Part shown: piece by piece, positions 31,694 through 41,786 of the stretch
How the letters are laid out: each line of letters opens with the position of its first letter
How positions within the stretch are numbered: position 1 is the first letter of the stretch
DNA from: Malacoraja senta
Lineage: Eukaryota
DNA: 41,786 bases
Direction: 5' to 3'
NCBI GenBank assembly: GCA_038087875.1
Contig: JAXLNO010000113.1
Coordinates: 186,001 to 227,786 of the forward strand
The notes under the pieces: model-generated
Told to the model about the DNA's origin: nothing
The model's input: only the letters and a program-made list of their open reading frames with translations
Databases searched by the model: none
Made by a program: the position numbers and the translations under genes

Positions 31694-34480
31694 ATGGGGA
31701 ACAGAGGAAAGGAGCCCATTGCAAATAATGTGTAATGAGTTCCCTCACAGGGCAGAGAAATTAAGAGATTTGTCAGGAGCGCTAAATAAGAAATTAGGAA
31801 ACAAGCTATGGCCGCCGGGGGGGGCATTAGAACAGTAAAAGGGATAAAATACATAGAACAGATTATTTGGCAGCATAGTAATAACGAGAGTGCAAAATAA
31901 TTAATAGGGTATGGAGAAAATATTATGAGGTACGGAAGGCGAATAAAGAGGTTAAGAGGATGGCTAGTTGGGAAAAAGCGATCGCTAAACTTGGAATAGA
32001 ACTGAGAGAAGGTGAAATAGATTGACCTCCAGGCAGTAGGAAGGACAGGAGTGGAGATGAAGGAAAACATACGGAACAGGGAAAAGGCAGATCTCCTGGA
32101 AGGAAACTAGTCTCTGTAAATTTAAAGTTTAGGGATCCGATGGTTAGTGCTGACCTCGAGGGGGAAGGAGATGAATATTTGGAAGAATGGACAAATGTTA
32201 ACGCTAGTGGAAGTTCACAGCTCCCACCATGTTTCTCTTGCGTTTCCCAGGCTTCACTCGCACCTTGTATGACTTGTGTCCGTAAAAAATATTTTAGGTC
32301 TGCAGAACCTATAACAACTCCTGCAGATTCTACATATCGGGAGGGGGCGCTGCTCTGAGCAGCGGCCATGTCAGCAGCGCGTCAGTTTTTCAACTTTTTC
32401 TTATTTGTTAGTATGTTTTAAAGTATGTATGGTGTGTTTCTTTGTGTGTCTTGTGTGGGGGGTGGTGTGGGGGGGTAAGGGGGAAATCGATTCGGTCGCC
32501 TCCTCCATGGAGTGGCGACTTTTTCCAGGTCGCCTCCCCCGTGGCCTAACATCAAGGATCGGCGCGGCCTTTCCCGGAGACGCACCCGGGGCTTCAGCGG
32601 CAGGCGCAGCGTGGACTCTCGGCGTGGAGCGGGTGAGCCCTCGCGGGGGCTCGCTGGAGGGGAGCGCTCCGTTTCGCTGGCCCGGGGCAGCCGGCAGCCT
32701 GAAGTCGCAGCCTGAAGTCGCGGTCTGCAGAGCTCCAGCTGGTGCGGCGTCTACAGCCCGGGATCCCTCGTGGGGGACCCGGGGGAAGAAGAAGAAGCCA
32801 TCACTGCCGGCCCGCGGCCAACTTCTACCGCGGGGCCGGCATGGACTTACCAACACCCCTGCAGGGGAGATTCGACCGCCGGCCCTGCAGTCTACGGTGC
32901 TTCTGGCTGCGGCGGAGACTTTAAATCTCGACAGCCGGCCTGCGGCCTACAACAACTTAAAGCCCCGGTCTCCGGTGAGGAAGAGCCGATCCTGGACTGA
33001 CTCTGGACTCTGGTCCTGTCCACGGAGGGGAAATGGAGGAGGATTGGCCAAATTTTTGTGCCTTCCACCACAGTGTTGAATGCTGTGGTGGATGTTTGTG
33101 TTACATTTTTTATTGTGGTTGTGTGTTCTTTATTAGTGTATCGCTGCTGACAATCCAAAAATTCCACCAGCTTGGCTGTGTGGTCATTAAAATACAATAC
33201 AATACAATACAATATGAACAGATTCATCCGATAGCAGATACTGGGGTGCCAGATTCTTCGACTCTAGCCACACCACCATTAATAGATTGTCCGGTAGCTT
33301 ATGGCACCCGGAGTAGAACAAAGTGGTTAGTGGTTTAAAGAAAAGGAAGGTATATAGTGCAGCAGCCAGAATATTACTGTGAGCCACAACCTAGACAGAT
33401 CATACGAGCAGTGAGAAAGAGGAACGATTTATTTGGACAGTATCGGGAACCCCCTAGCGAATGGGAAGATTCATCCGAGGGTGAGACAGTGATTGAAGAT
33501 AGAGATAGATTTTGATGTAACCGAAAGTTTACAAATTGAACAGATATCCCATAGGCAGTTCCCAGCGAGGGAACAGCTGGGTACAGCTGATTCGACCAGC
33601 GCAGTAAGTATGAACAATCCCTGTGCCACAGACGTCCATACTCCATGGAAACCCCATGAAATAATGGCAGTACTAAACAAAATCCCTGATAGAAAGAAGT
33701 CACATGCCGCCTTCATAGATTATTTGAGAACCACAATGCGTGTATATCATGCAGATTCCCGGGATTTATGGGAGACCATACAACAGATAATTACTCCAGC
33801 TGAAAATACCAAATTTCTAGTAGCCCTAGGACACCCAACATATGAAGCCTTGGCAAACATATTGGTGGATGACAGTGCAAGAGAAGAGGCTGCTTTAACG
33901 GCCCTTGCAAACACGTTTCAAAAGCCAAGCAATCTAACACGAATTCTGGAAATAAAACCAGAAAAGGGCAAAGGAGCAGATGAATTTTTGGACCGTTTTT
34001 CAAAACTATACATGGACCAATCAGGTGACTTAAACTATCAAAATGGAGTAAGTTCACCACAATATTGTGCTATCTTATTGAATTGTCTCCCCACTACAGT
34101 AGCGGATTCAATTAAGACTGATAACAGGGACTGGTCTGAGAACCGTGCCAAGCAAATGGCCAGAGCTGTGAGGCACTATTGGAAGGATGGTAGGAAATAG
34201 GAAAGTTATCCTGTAACTAGAAGAGAAACTGAACGTATAGTCAAGAAGGAAGAACCAAGCTCTGGCTCAGGACCATGGAGTCCCCAAATGTTGGTGAAGA
34301 ACGGAATGGGAGAAATTAGTCTCAAACTACTCAGATTATTATTACAATTATACTCCCAATTTAGAACCCAGTCCATTGGAACCAAGGGGTAAAACAAAGC
34401 CAACCATATTACCTAATCAATGTTACACTTGTGGGGCGATGGGACACTGGAATCGAGCCTGTCCGACAAGGGAGCGAGTG
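31694..34480 (+). pseudogene. gag: ERV gag (MA-like, capsid ORF 33493-34200, NC zinc knuckle)
   Basis: MGN start, LWPPGG; HTPWKPHEI..LNKIP and MHR-like KPEKGKGADEFLDRF; CYTCGAMGHWNRAC at 34421-34462. Confidence 0.85.
32338..33211 (+). mobile_element. Unclassified non-autonomous retroposon with (AATAC)n tail
   Basis: Flanked by ATAT; removal rejoins gag (...PADSTY|EQIHP...); GC-rich core; simple-repeat tail. Confidence 0.8.
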
Positions 34481-34721
34481 AGAGTAAAGGGTCAAAGAAA
34501 GGATTTCGAGGATTATGAAGAAATTTGAGATCCTAGAGGATATAGAAATATCCGAGATCCCAGGAATTATAGGAGGTCCTTCAATTCTAGAGAATACTGG
34601 GACCCAAGAGAACAAAGAGAGAGCTGGCCCGAATGTCAGAAACCAAGAAGTCACACACCGTTCACTCAAACCAACCCATTCTCTCAGTCCTGACTTACCA
34701 ACCCGTCCAGGAATTGTGGAC

Positions 34722-35001
34722 ATAATAATAATAATAATAATGGATTGGATTTATATGGCGCCTTTCTAATACCCAAGGCGCTTTACATCGCATTATTCAT
34801 TCACTCCTCAGTCACACTCGGTGGTGGTGAGCTACTTCTGTAGCCACAGCTGCCCTGGGGCAGACTGACGGAAGCGTGGCTGCTAATCTGCGCCTACGGC
34901 CCCTCCGACCACCACCAATCACTCACACACATTCACACACATGCACACGCAGGCAAAGGTGGGTGAAGTGTCTTGCCCAAGGACACAACGACAGTATGCA
35001 C
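34722..35001 (-). mobile_element. CORE/AFC-like SINE, 5'-truncated, L2-type tail with (ATT)n
   Basis: Minus strand: GTGTCCTTGGGCAAGACACTT...GCCCCAGGGCAGCTGTGGCTAC...TGTAAAGCGCCTTGGG...AAAGGCGCCATATAAAT-(ATT)n. Confidence 0.8.
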
Positions 35002-35244
35002 TGATCCCTACTCTAGAACCCTCTCAAGTAATTTTCCAGAAAAAATGAATTGGATATGCTATCATAGTAAAAACTGAAGATCATATAATAGAAAATTATA
35101 AACAATCTTATAACTGCCCAAGAAAACCCCTTAAAGCAAAGAAATCAAGGAGCTTGTCACAACTGTACACAATCAGGTCATTGGAGTAAGGAGTGCCCAG
35201 CGAGAAGACAGATTATAGCAGAACAGACCGAATACAGCAGAATA

Positions 35245-37220
35245 TAGCAGAAAAAGCAGCCTACCAGAGGACTGGGAGACATTCAGAGTCCAGCAGAGGA
35301 GGACAAAGGGTTTAATTAGGAAAGGGAAAATAGATTATGAAAGAAAACTGGCAGGGAACATAAAAACTGACTGCTTTTTATAGATTTTTATAGATATGTG
35401 AAGAGAAAAAGATTAGTTAAAACAAATGTAGGTCCCTTGCAGTCAGAAACAGGTGAATTGATCATGGGGAACAAGGACATGGCAGACCAATTGAATAACT
35501 ACTTTGGTTCTGTCTTCACTAAGGAAGACTTAATTAATCTGCCGAAAATAGTAGGGGACCGGGGTTCAAATGAGTTGGAGGAACTGAGTGAAATCCAGGT
35601 TAGCCGGGAAGTGGTGTTAGGTAAATTGAATGGATTAAAGGACGATAAATCCCCAGGGCCAGATAGGCTGCATCCCAGAGTACTTAAGAAAGTATCCCCG
35701 AAATAGTGGATGCATTAGTGATAATTTTTCAAAACTCTTTAGATTCTGGAGTAGTTCCTGAGGATTGGAGGGTAGCTAATGTAACCCCACTTTTAAAAAA
35801 GGGAGAGAGAAAACGGGGAATTACAGACCAGTTAGTCTAACATCGGTACTGGGGAAACTGCTCGAGTCAGTTATTAAAGATGGGATAGCAGCACATTTGG
35901 AAAATGGTGAAATCATTGGACAAAGTCAGCGTGGATTTATGAAAGGTAAATCATGTCTGACGAATCTAATAGAATTTTTCGAGGATGTAACTAGTAGAGT
36001 GGATAAGGGAGAACCAGTGGATGTGTTATATCTGGACTTTCAGAAGGCTTTCGACAAGGTCCCACATAAGAGACTAATATACAAACTTAAAGCACACGGT
36101 ATTGGGGGTTCAGTATTGATGTCGATAGAGAACTGGCTGGCAGACAGGAAGCAAAGAGTAGGAGTAAACGGGTCCTTTTCAGAATGGCAGGCAGTGACTA
36201 GTGGGGCACCGCAAGGCTCAGTGCTGGGACCCCAGCTATTTACAATATATATTAATGATTTGGACGAAGGAATTGAATGCAACATCTCCAAGTTCGCAGA
36301 TGACACGAAGCTGGGGGGTAGTGTTAGCTGTGAGGAGGGTGCTAGGAGGCTGCACGATGCCTTGGATAGGCTGGGTGAGTGGGCAAATGCATGGCAGATG
36401 CAGTATAATGTGGATAAATGTGAGGTTATCCACTTTGGTGGCAAAAACAGGAAAGTAGACTATTACCTGAATGGTGGCCGATTAGGAAAAGGGGAGATGC
36501 AACGAGACCTGGGTGTCATGGTACACCAGTCATTGAAAGTGGGCATGCAGGTGCAGCAGGCAGTGAAGAAAGCGAATGGTATGTTAGCATTCATAGCAAA
36601 AGGATTTGAGTATAGGAGCAGGGAGGTTCTACTGCAGTTGTACAGGGTCTTGGTGAGACCACACCTGGAGTATTGCGTACAGTTTTGGTCTCCTAATCTG
36701 AGGAAGGACATTCTTGCCATAGAGGGAGTACAGAGAAGGTTCACCAGACTGATTCCTGGGATGTCAGGACTTTCATATGAGGAAAGACTAGATAGACTCG
36801 GCTTGTACTCGCTGGAATTTAGAAGATTGAGGAGGGATCTTATAGAAACTTACAAAATTCTTAAGGGGTTGGACAGGCTAGATGCAGGAAGATTGTTCCC
36901 GATGTTGGGGAAGTCCAGTACAAGGGGGTCACAGTTTAAGGATAAAGGGGAAATCTTTTAGGACTGAGATGAGAAAAACATTTTTTACACAGAGGATGGT
37001 GAATCTCTGGAATACTCTGCCACAGAATGTAGTTGAGGCCAGTTCATTGGCTATACTTAAGATGGAGTTAGATGTGGCCCTTGTGGCTAAAGGGATCGGG
37101 GTATGGAGAGAAAGCAGGTACAGGATACTGAGTTGGATGATCAGCCATGATCATATTGAATGGCGGTGCAGGCTCGAAGGGCCGAATGGCCTACTCCTGC
37201 ACCTATTTTCTATGTTTCTA
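35245..37220 (+). mobile_element. Young 5'-truncated CR1 LINE (RT ORF 35897-36961)
   Basis: [44 protein letters not shown] tail. Confidence 0.96.
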
Positions 37221-39146
37221 GAATGGAAGAGAAATCACAGGGCAATAAAGAAAGTAAGAAAAGGAACACAGTAGCTGGTGTCAAAGAGAATAAGGACTAA
37301 AGGAAACTGAACTGGCACTAGGGAGAGAAGAAACAAACTTATTGTGCAGGAGGTACAGGAGTAGGGAAAGGAGCTATTATACTAACGTTACTAAGTTTGT
37401 GCCTGCAGGACAGTATAATCGACAACATACTATCTGGGGAGTGAGGTAAAGAATATGCAGACCCTTGAGAAGGGGCAGAAGACAGCTCAGGTAAAGTAGC
37501 TCCCCAGAAACATGGACCAACAACAAGGAAGAAATGATATTGTCCTGTCCCTTTAAGACAAATCTAGGAAGGCCAACTGATAGCAAAGGCTGCTCCTTAG
37601 TATCCCTACTCCTTTGAAACTAACATCAACATCAATGAAGAAGAAGAACAAGAAGATACCTACCCTGGTGCACAACTTTAACATCATCTAGCTTTTGACA
37701 CCAGTGAATGAAAAATAAAATAACACCATCCAACCTTTTCTAAAAGATACAGACAACCTACTATTGTGGCAAGCTCTAATTTGAAGAATTGAATTTAAAT
37801 TTGAAAATAGACACTCCTCTGTGGTTTGGGGCAACATACTCACTTTGCGCCTAAACTTAATTATTAAAAATAAAATGATGTGAAAAGGGCTAATGGAATA
37901 TAGTTTTAAAATAATTAGAGAATTGATTTTTGACTTGGCATTCTTGTCGTTTCACCCATAGGAGGATAATCGAAGATGGGACAGGACTATTTAGTTGCTA
38001 TCAAGAAAGGGACAGACCCTAGAAATTTAGACATACCCTGAAAACATAAGGTGGTGGTATAAAATGAGGTAGACTGGAAATTTAAATAATAAGTTCCCCT
38101 CGGAAGGTCAATACTAACCATCCAGAAAGAGTTACTTAGTGGTAAAAGGGAATTAGTTATGAGAAAGTACCCCCATGGACTGAGAGCTGAGCCAACATAC
38201 TAAGGAAGAAGTACTGGAGGAGAAGTCTATTGAATTAGGAGAAACTTAAATTGGTGTTGAGATATCAGAGTCGATGTATTTGATCGGTGTATCTAAATTG
38301 TCCAACCCTTGATAGTAAAGCGGCTTCTATTATCAAGGTGGAAAGAAATAGTCCCTAGATTTGGCATTCTTGATTGGCTTTATGATGAAATTGACAACAT
38401 ATGGAAATTGATTGATTAAATTTCATAGTAGTCATGCCTACTATGTTCTGTTGTGCTGAAGCAAAGCAAGAATTCCATTATCCTATCAGGGACACATGAC
38501 AATAAACTCACTTGAATCTTGAATCTTGAAATTTGAATAGCTGGGAATTCCACAGGAATTGGAATGGAATTGTGTTATCGACCACAAGCTGTGGAATGAG
38601 AAGGGCGAGACGGACCCTGAAACTTAAAATATTAAATTGAAGGCTGAGACTGAATTTGGTTGAATTGGAACATTCATCATGGTTTGCTTTAAATAAGAGT
38701 CACGCCTGTAGGGAAATCTGGACTGAACCCAGCTGAAATTTATATGAGAAACCATCATCAGATATGCATATTATACCATCGTGTGAATATGGAGAGGGCT
38801 GATTAGTGTTGATCCTAGGATAGTAGAGTATATTATAGAACAGAATAGGAACACAGTGATAGAGAAGAATATAGTAGAGATAGTTATAGTGAAATGGAAA
38901 AGGGATAGTATTGCAGAAATACAGTGAACTTATGGGAAAGCATTAGTACGTGAATGGAAACTTGCTTTGTCCCAGGTTTTTCAGGAATTATAGGTTATAG
39001 ATTCAACTATGGAAAGGGATGGAAGAATGTGCAACAACACGGATGGAGGGAATTCACGCCCATGAAAACTCGGGAGGTGAAGACTCATCAGACGGAAATT
39101 GTGAAGCTAAGCCCACAAAACCTCGGAAAGCTTGATAAGATTCCGG
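37221..39146 (+). pseudogene. pol: Heavily degraded ERV pol (integrase recognisable at ~38570-38750)
   Basis: YRPQA...RTLKLKI and SGLNPAEI remnants; remainder assigned by position only. Confidence 0.55.
38428..38530 (+). mobile_element. Rex1/L2-type LINE 3' tail
   Basis: GCAAGAATTCCATT...ACATGACAATAAA followed by (CTTGAAT)n. Confidence 0.65.
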
Positions 39147-39147
39147 G

Positions 39148-39830
39148 AAACATAGAAACATGGAAAATAGGTGCAGGAGTAGGCCATTCGGCCCTTCGAG
39201 CTTGCACTGCCATTCAATATGATCATGGCTGATCGTCCAACTCAGTATCCTGTACCTGCCTTCTCTCCATACCCCCTGATCCCTTTAGCCACAAGGGCCA
39301 CATCTAACTCCCTCTTAAATATAGCCAATGAACTGGCCTCAACTACCTTCTGTGGCAGAGAATTCCACAGATTCACCACTCTCTGTGTGAAAAATGATTT
39401 TCTCATCTCGGTCCTAAAAGACTTCCCCCTTATCCTTAAACTGTGACCCCTTGTTCTGGACTTCCCCAACATCGGGAACAATCTTCCTGCATCTAGCCTG
39501 TCCAACCCCTTAAGAATCTTGTAAGTTTCTATAAGATCCCCCCTCAATCTTCTAAATTCTAGTGAGTACAAGCCGAGTCTATCCAGTCTTTCTTCACATG
39601 AAAGTCCTGCCATCCCAGGAATCAGTCTGGTGAACCTTCTCTGTACTCCATGGCAAGAATGTCTTTCCTCAGATTTGGTGACCAAAACTGTACGCAATAC
39701 TCCAGGTGTGGCCTCACCAAGATCCTGTACAACTGCAGTAGAACCTCCCTGCTCTTATACTCAATCCTTTTGCTATGAATACTAACATACCATTCGCTTT
39801 CTTCACTGCCTGCTGCACCTGCACCTGCAT
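39148..39830 (-). mobile_element. 5'-truncated CR1 LINE
   Basis: Near-identical to 9870-10545; ORF 39242-39697. Confidence 0.95.
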
Positions 39831-39884
39831 GCAGTGGGAAGAAACATCATCGTCTTGTTGTTGTTGTTGTTAATAGATAGAGAA

Positions 39885-40722
39885 TGTAATAGACACACAT
39901 ATGTATATCTGGTTATCGGATTGATTATTTGGTTATCATAAATGATGGTTTATCATATATGATAAAAGGAAGGAATGTTAATTCTGGCCAAATTGGAGAT
40001 GCCAGGACATTAAAATTGAGTAAAGGCTTCTGTGCTGCTAGGCCATTTGGTCAATTTAAATGTACCTTCTGCAGAAATGGGACAAGCTGCACAATGGTGC
40101 CAGTTTGTCTAGAGCCTAGATAAGAGTTGCAGGAAGAGAATGGAACATCTGCAGTTTCTTACAATTAGGTGTAAATTGCATGGAACGGATTGGGTGAATG
40201 CAAACCAGACATACACATTGTAAATATTGTTGCAACGCTTTACTTTGCTAGATGTTGATTGGCTTAAGTGTTGAGCCTTAACTGGGTTTCTTGAATATCC
40301 AGGCACATGCATAATTCATCTCTGTTAACTTGCATCTTGAAACTTCTGTCAGATACATTGTATTAATCACTGTATTACTGGGTTAAGGAAATGTCTATCA
40401 TGTACTGTGTTAATCAATATCTGTTATTGGACTGTATAGAGACCACCCCCATGTGGTATGGCCCCTCAAGGTTCGGGGACCTATAAAAGGCCGCTCCCAT
40501 GAGAACGCTTCGGACTGCATGACCTTCTGGAGTGTCTCTGCTTGAACGAGGCTAAGAGGGCCTGGCCAGGCAGATACGAGGATCGAACCCGTGGTGGTTA
40601 GATATAATAGTGAGAACTGTTATTGTGTTTTTCCAAAATAAAGTTTAGATGCGCAAGTGCTTGACTCAGTATTTTATTGACAGAAACTAGACTGGGCGGA
40701 AGCTTAGAATGAGCTATTTACA
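39885..40722 (+). repeat. Complete ERV LTR (838 bp)
   Basis: TGTAATAG...CTATTTACA termini, TATAAAA at 40482, AATAAA at 40637, AGAA on both flanks. Confidence 0.85.
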
Positions 40723-40726
40723 AGAA

Positions 40727-41580
40727 AACACTGATTTATTAAAGGGAAATCATGTTTGACTATTTTGTTGCTATTTACTGGATTGTAACTAACAGATTAT
40801 GGAAAACCATTTTACGTGGAGTACTTGAACTTTCTGAAATTCTTCGATCAGATACCACCAAAAAAATGATTAAACAAAATTAAAGCACACAAATTGATGT
40901 TCGCAGGAATCAGCAGGTCCATTTTGGGGTGGGATGTTATGACATGTGGGGCGTTTCAGAGATTGGTGCTGGGGCCCAGCTATTCACAATCGATATTGGT
41001 AATGTGGATAAGATCACAATACTAAACAAGGTGGAAATGTGAACTGTAAAGATGATTCAGAGAAGCTTCAGGAGATATAACAGGCTATTATAATAGACGA
41101 GAATGTGACCGTTGGAATATGTGCAAAATATGCATCATCCATTTTGGAAAACAGTACAGGAGCGGTAAAGATGGCACAGCGGTAGAGTTGCTGCCTTACA
41201 ATGAATGTAGCGCCGGAGACCCGGGTTCGATCCTGACTATGGGTGCTGTCTGTACGGAGTTTGTACGTACTCCCCGTGATCTGCGTAGGTTTTCTCCGAG
41301 ATCTTCGGTTTCCTCCCACACTCCAAACACGTACTGGTTTGTAGGTTAATTGGCTTGGTAAATGTAAAAATTGTCCCAAGTGGGTGTAGGATAATGTTAA
41401 TGTGCGGGGATCGCTGGTCGGCGCAGACTTGGTGGGCCGAAAGGCCAGTTTCCGCGCTGTATCTCAAAACTAAAAGGAGTGGGTTTTTTAAAATGCAGAG
41501 ATGAAAGGAGCTGGCATTCAAAGGGACCGATGTCCTTGTTCATGTGGAGTGCTGAAGGTTAACAAGCAGGCAAAAAGAAC
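40727..41580 (+). mobile_element. Old CR1 RT fragment split by a SINE
   Basis: GGGAAATCATGTTTGACT, GTGCTGGGGCCCAGCTATTCACAAT and ATCCATTTTGG match diverged CR1 RT. Confidence 0.75.
41163..41474 (+). mobile_element. Full-length tRNA-derived V-SINE (HE1-like)
   Basis: A box TGGCACAGCGG, B box GGTTCGATCC, central domain GGTTTCCTCCCACACTCCAAA, CR1-like tail, possible TSD AGGAG. Confidence 0.9.
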
Positions 41581-41589
41581 TGAAATATA

Positions 41590-41786
41590 ACATTTACATA
41601 AATATTCAGACCCTTTACTCAATACTTTGTTGAGGCACCTATGGCAGCGATTAGCCTCAAGTCTTCTTGGGGAGTTCTTCTCTGCAGATCCTCTCAAGCT
41701 CTGTCAGGTTGGATGGGGAGCGTCGATGCAGCTATTTTCAGGTCCCTCCAGAGATGTTCGATCAGGTTCAAGTCCGTGCTCTGGCT
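41590..41786 (-). mobile_element. Second Tc1 family fragment (transposase C-terminus)
   Basis: Minus strand encodes QSTDLNLIEHLWRDLKIA...NLTELERICRE and GASTKY*; continues past the window edge. Confidence 0.85.

Larger units (their letters stand above)
30765..39146 (+). mobile_element. Second endogenous retrovirus (class I-like), degraded
   Basis: LTR remnant, leader, gag from 31694, capsid ORF, CCHC knuckle, pol and integrase remnants. Confidence 0.82.

Noticed and set aside
32401..33227. ORFs of 111-224 aa
   Set aside because: GC-rich repeat interior with no recognisable motifs
41168..41240. tRNA gene
   Set aside because: A/B boxes belong to the SINE head; no complete cloverleaf

Overview
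Eukaryotic DNA made almost entirely of transposable elements. No host protein-coding gene, structural RNA gene or CRISPR array can be supported. The repeat content (HE1/V-SINEs, CR1 LINEs with (TTCTATGT)n tails, Penelope-derived repeats) points to a cartilaginous fish, probably a skate or ray (inference). The window is a deeply nested stack. (1) 700-6567: a near full-length CR1 split by a Harbinger-like TIR element. (2) A ~1.1-kb foldback palindrome inserted in a Rex1-type fragment. (3) ~11.6-27.6 kb: a minus-strand endogenous retrovirus (env with an open TM subunit, integrase and gag remnants). It is split by a full-length L1 with a clear TSD, which itself carries an almost intact Passport-like Tc1 and two other DNA elements. 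(4) The 5' half of a Gypsy element joined directly to that ERV's leader. (5) ~30.8-40.7 kb: a second, plus-strand ERV with gag capsid, zinc knuckle and degraded pol, peppered with younger insertions. The best leads are a 28-bp TIR-only element with a perfect 8-bp TSD, a Tc1 three lesions from intact, hammerhead-like cores in Penelope repeats, a teleost-like SINE and the foldback element. All calls come from reading the sequence by eye; no database searches were run, and boundaries of old elements are approximate.
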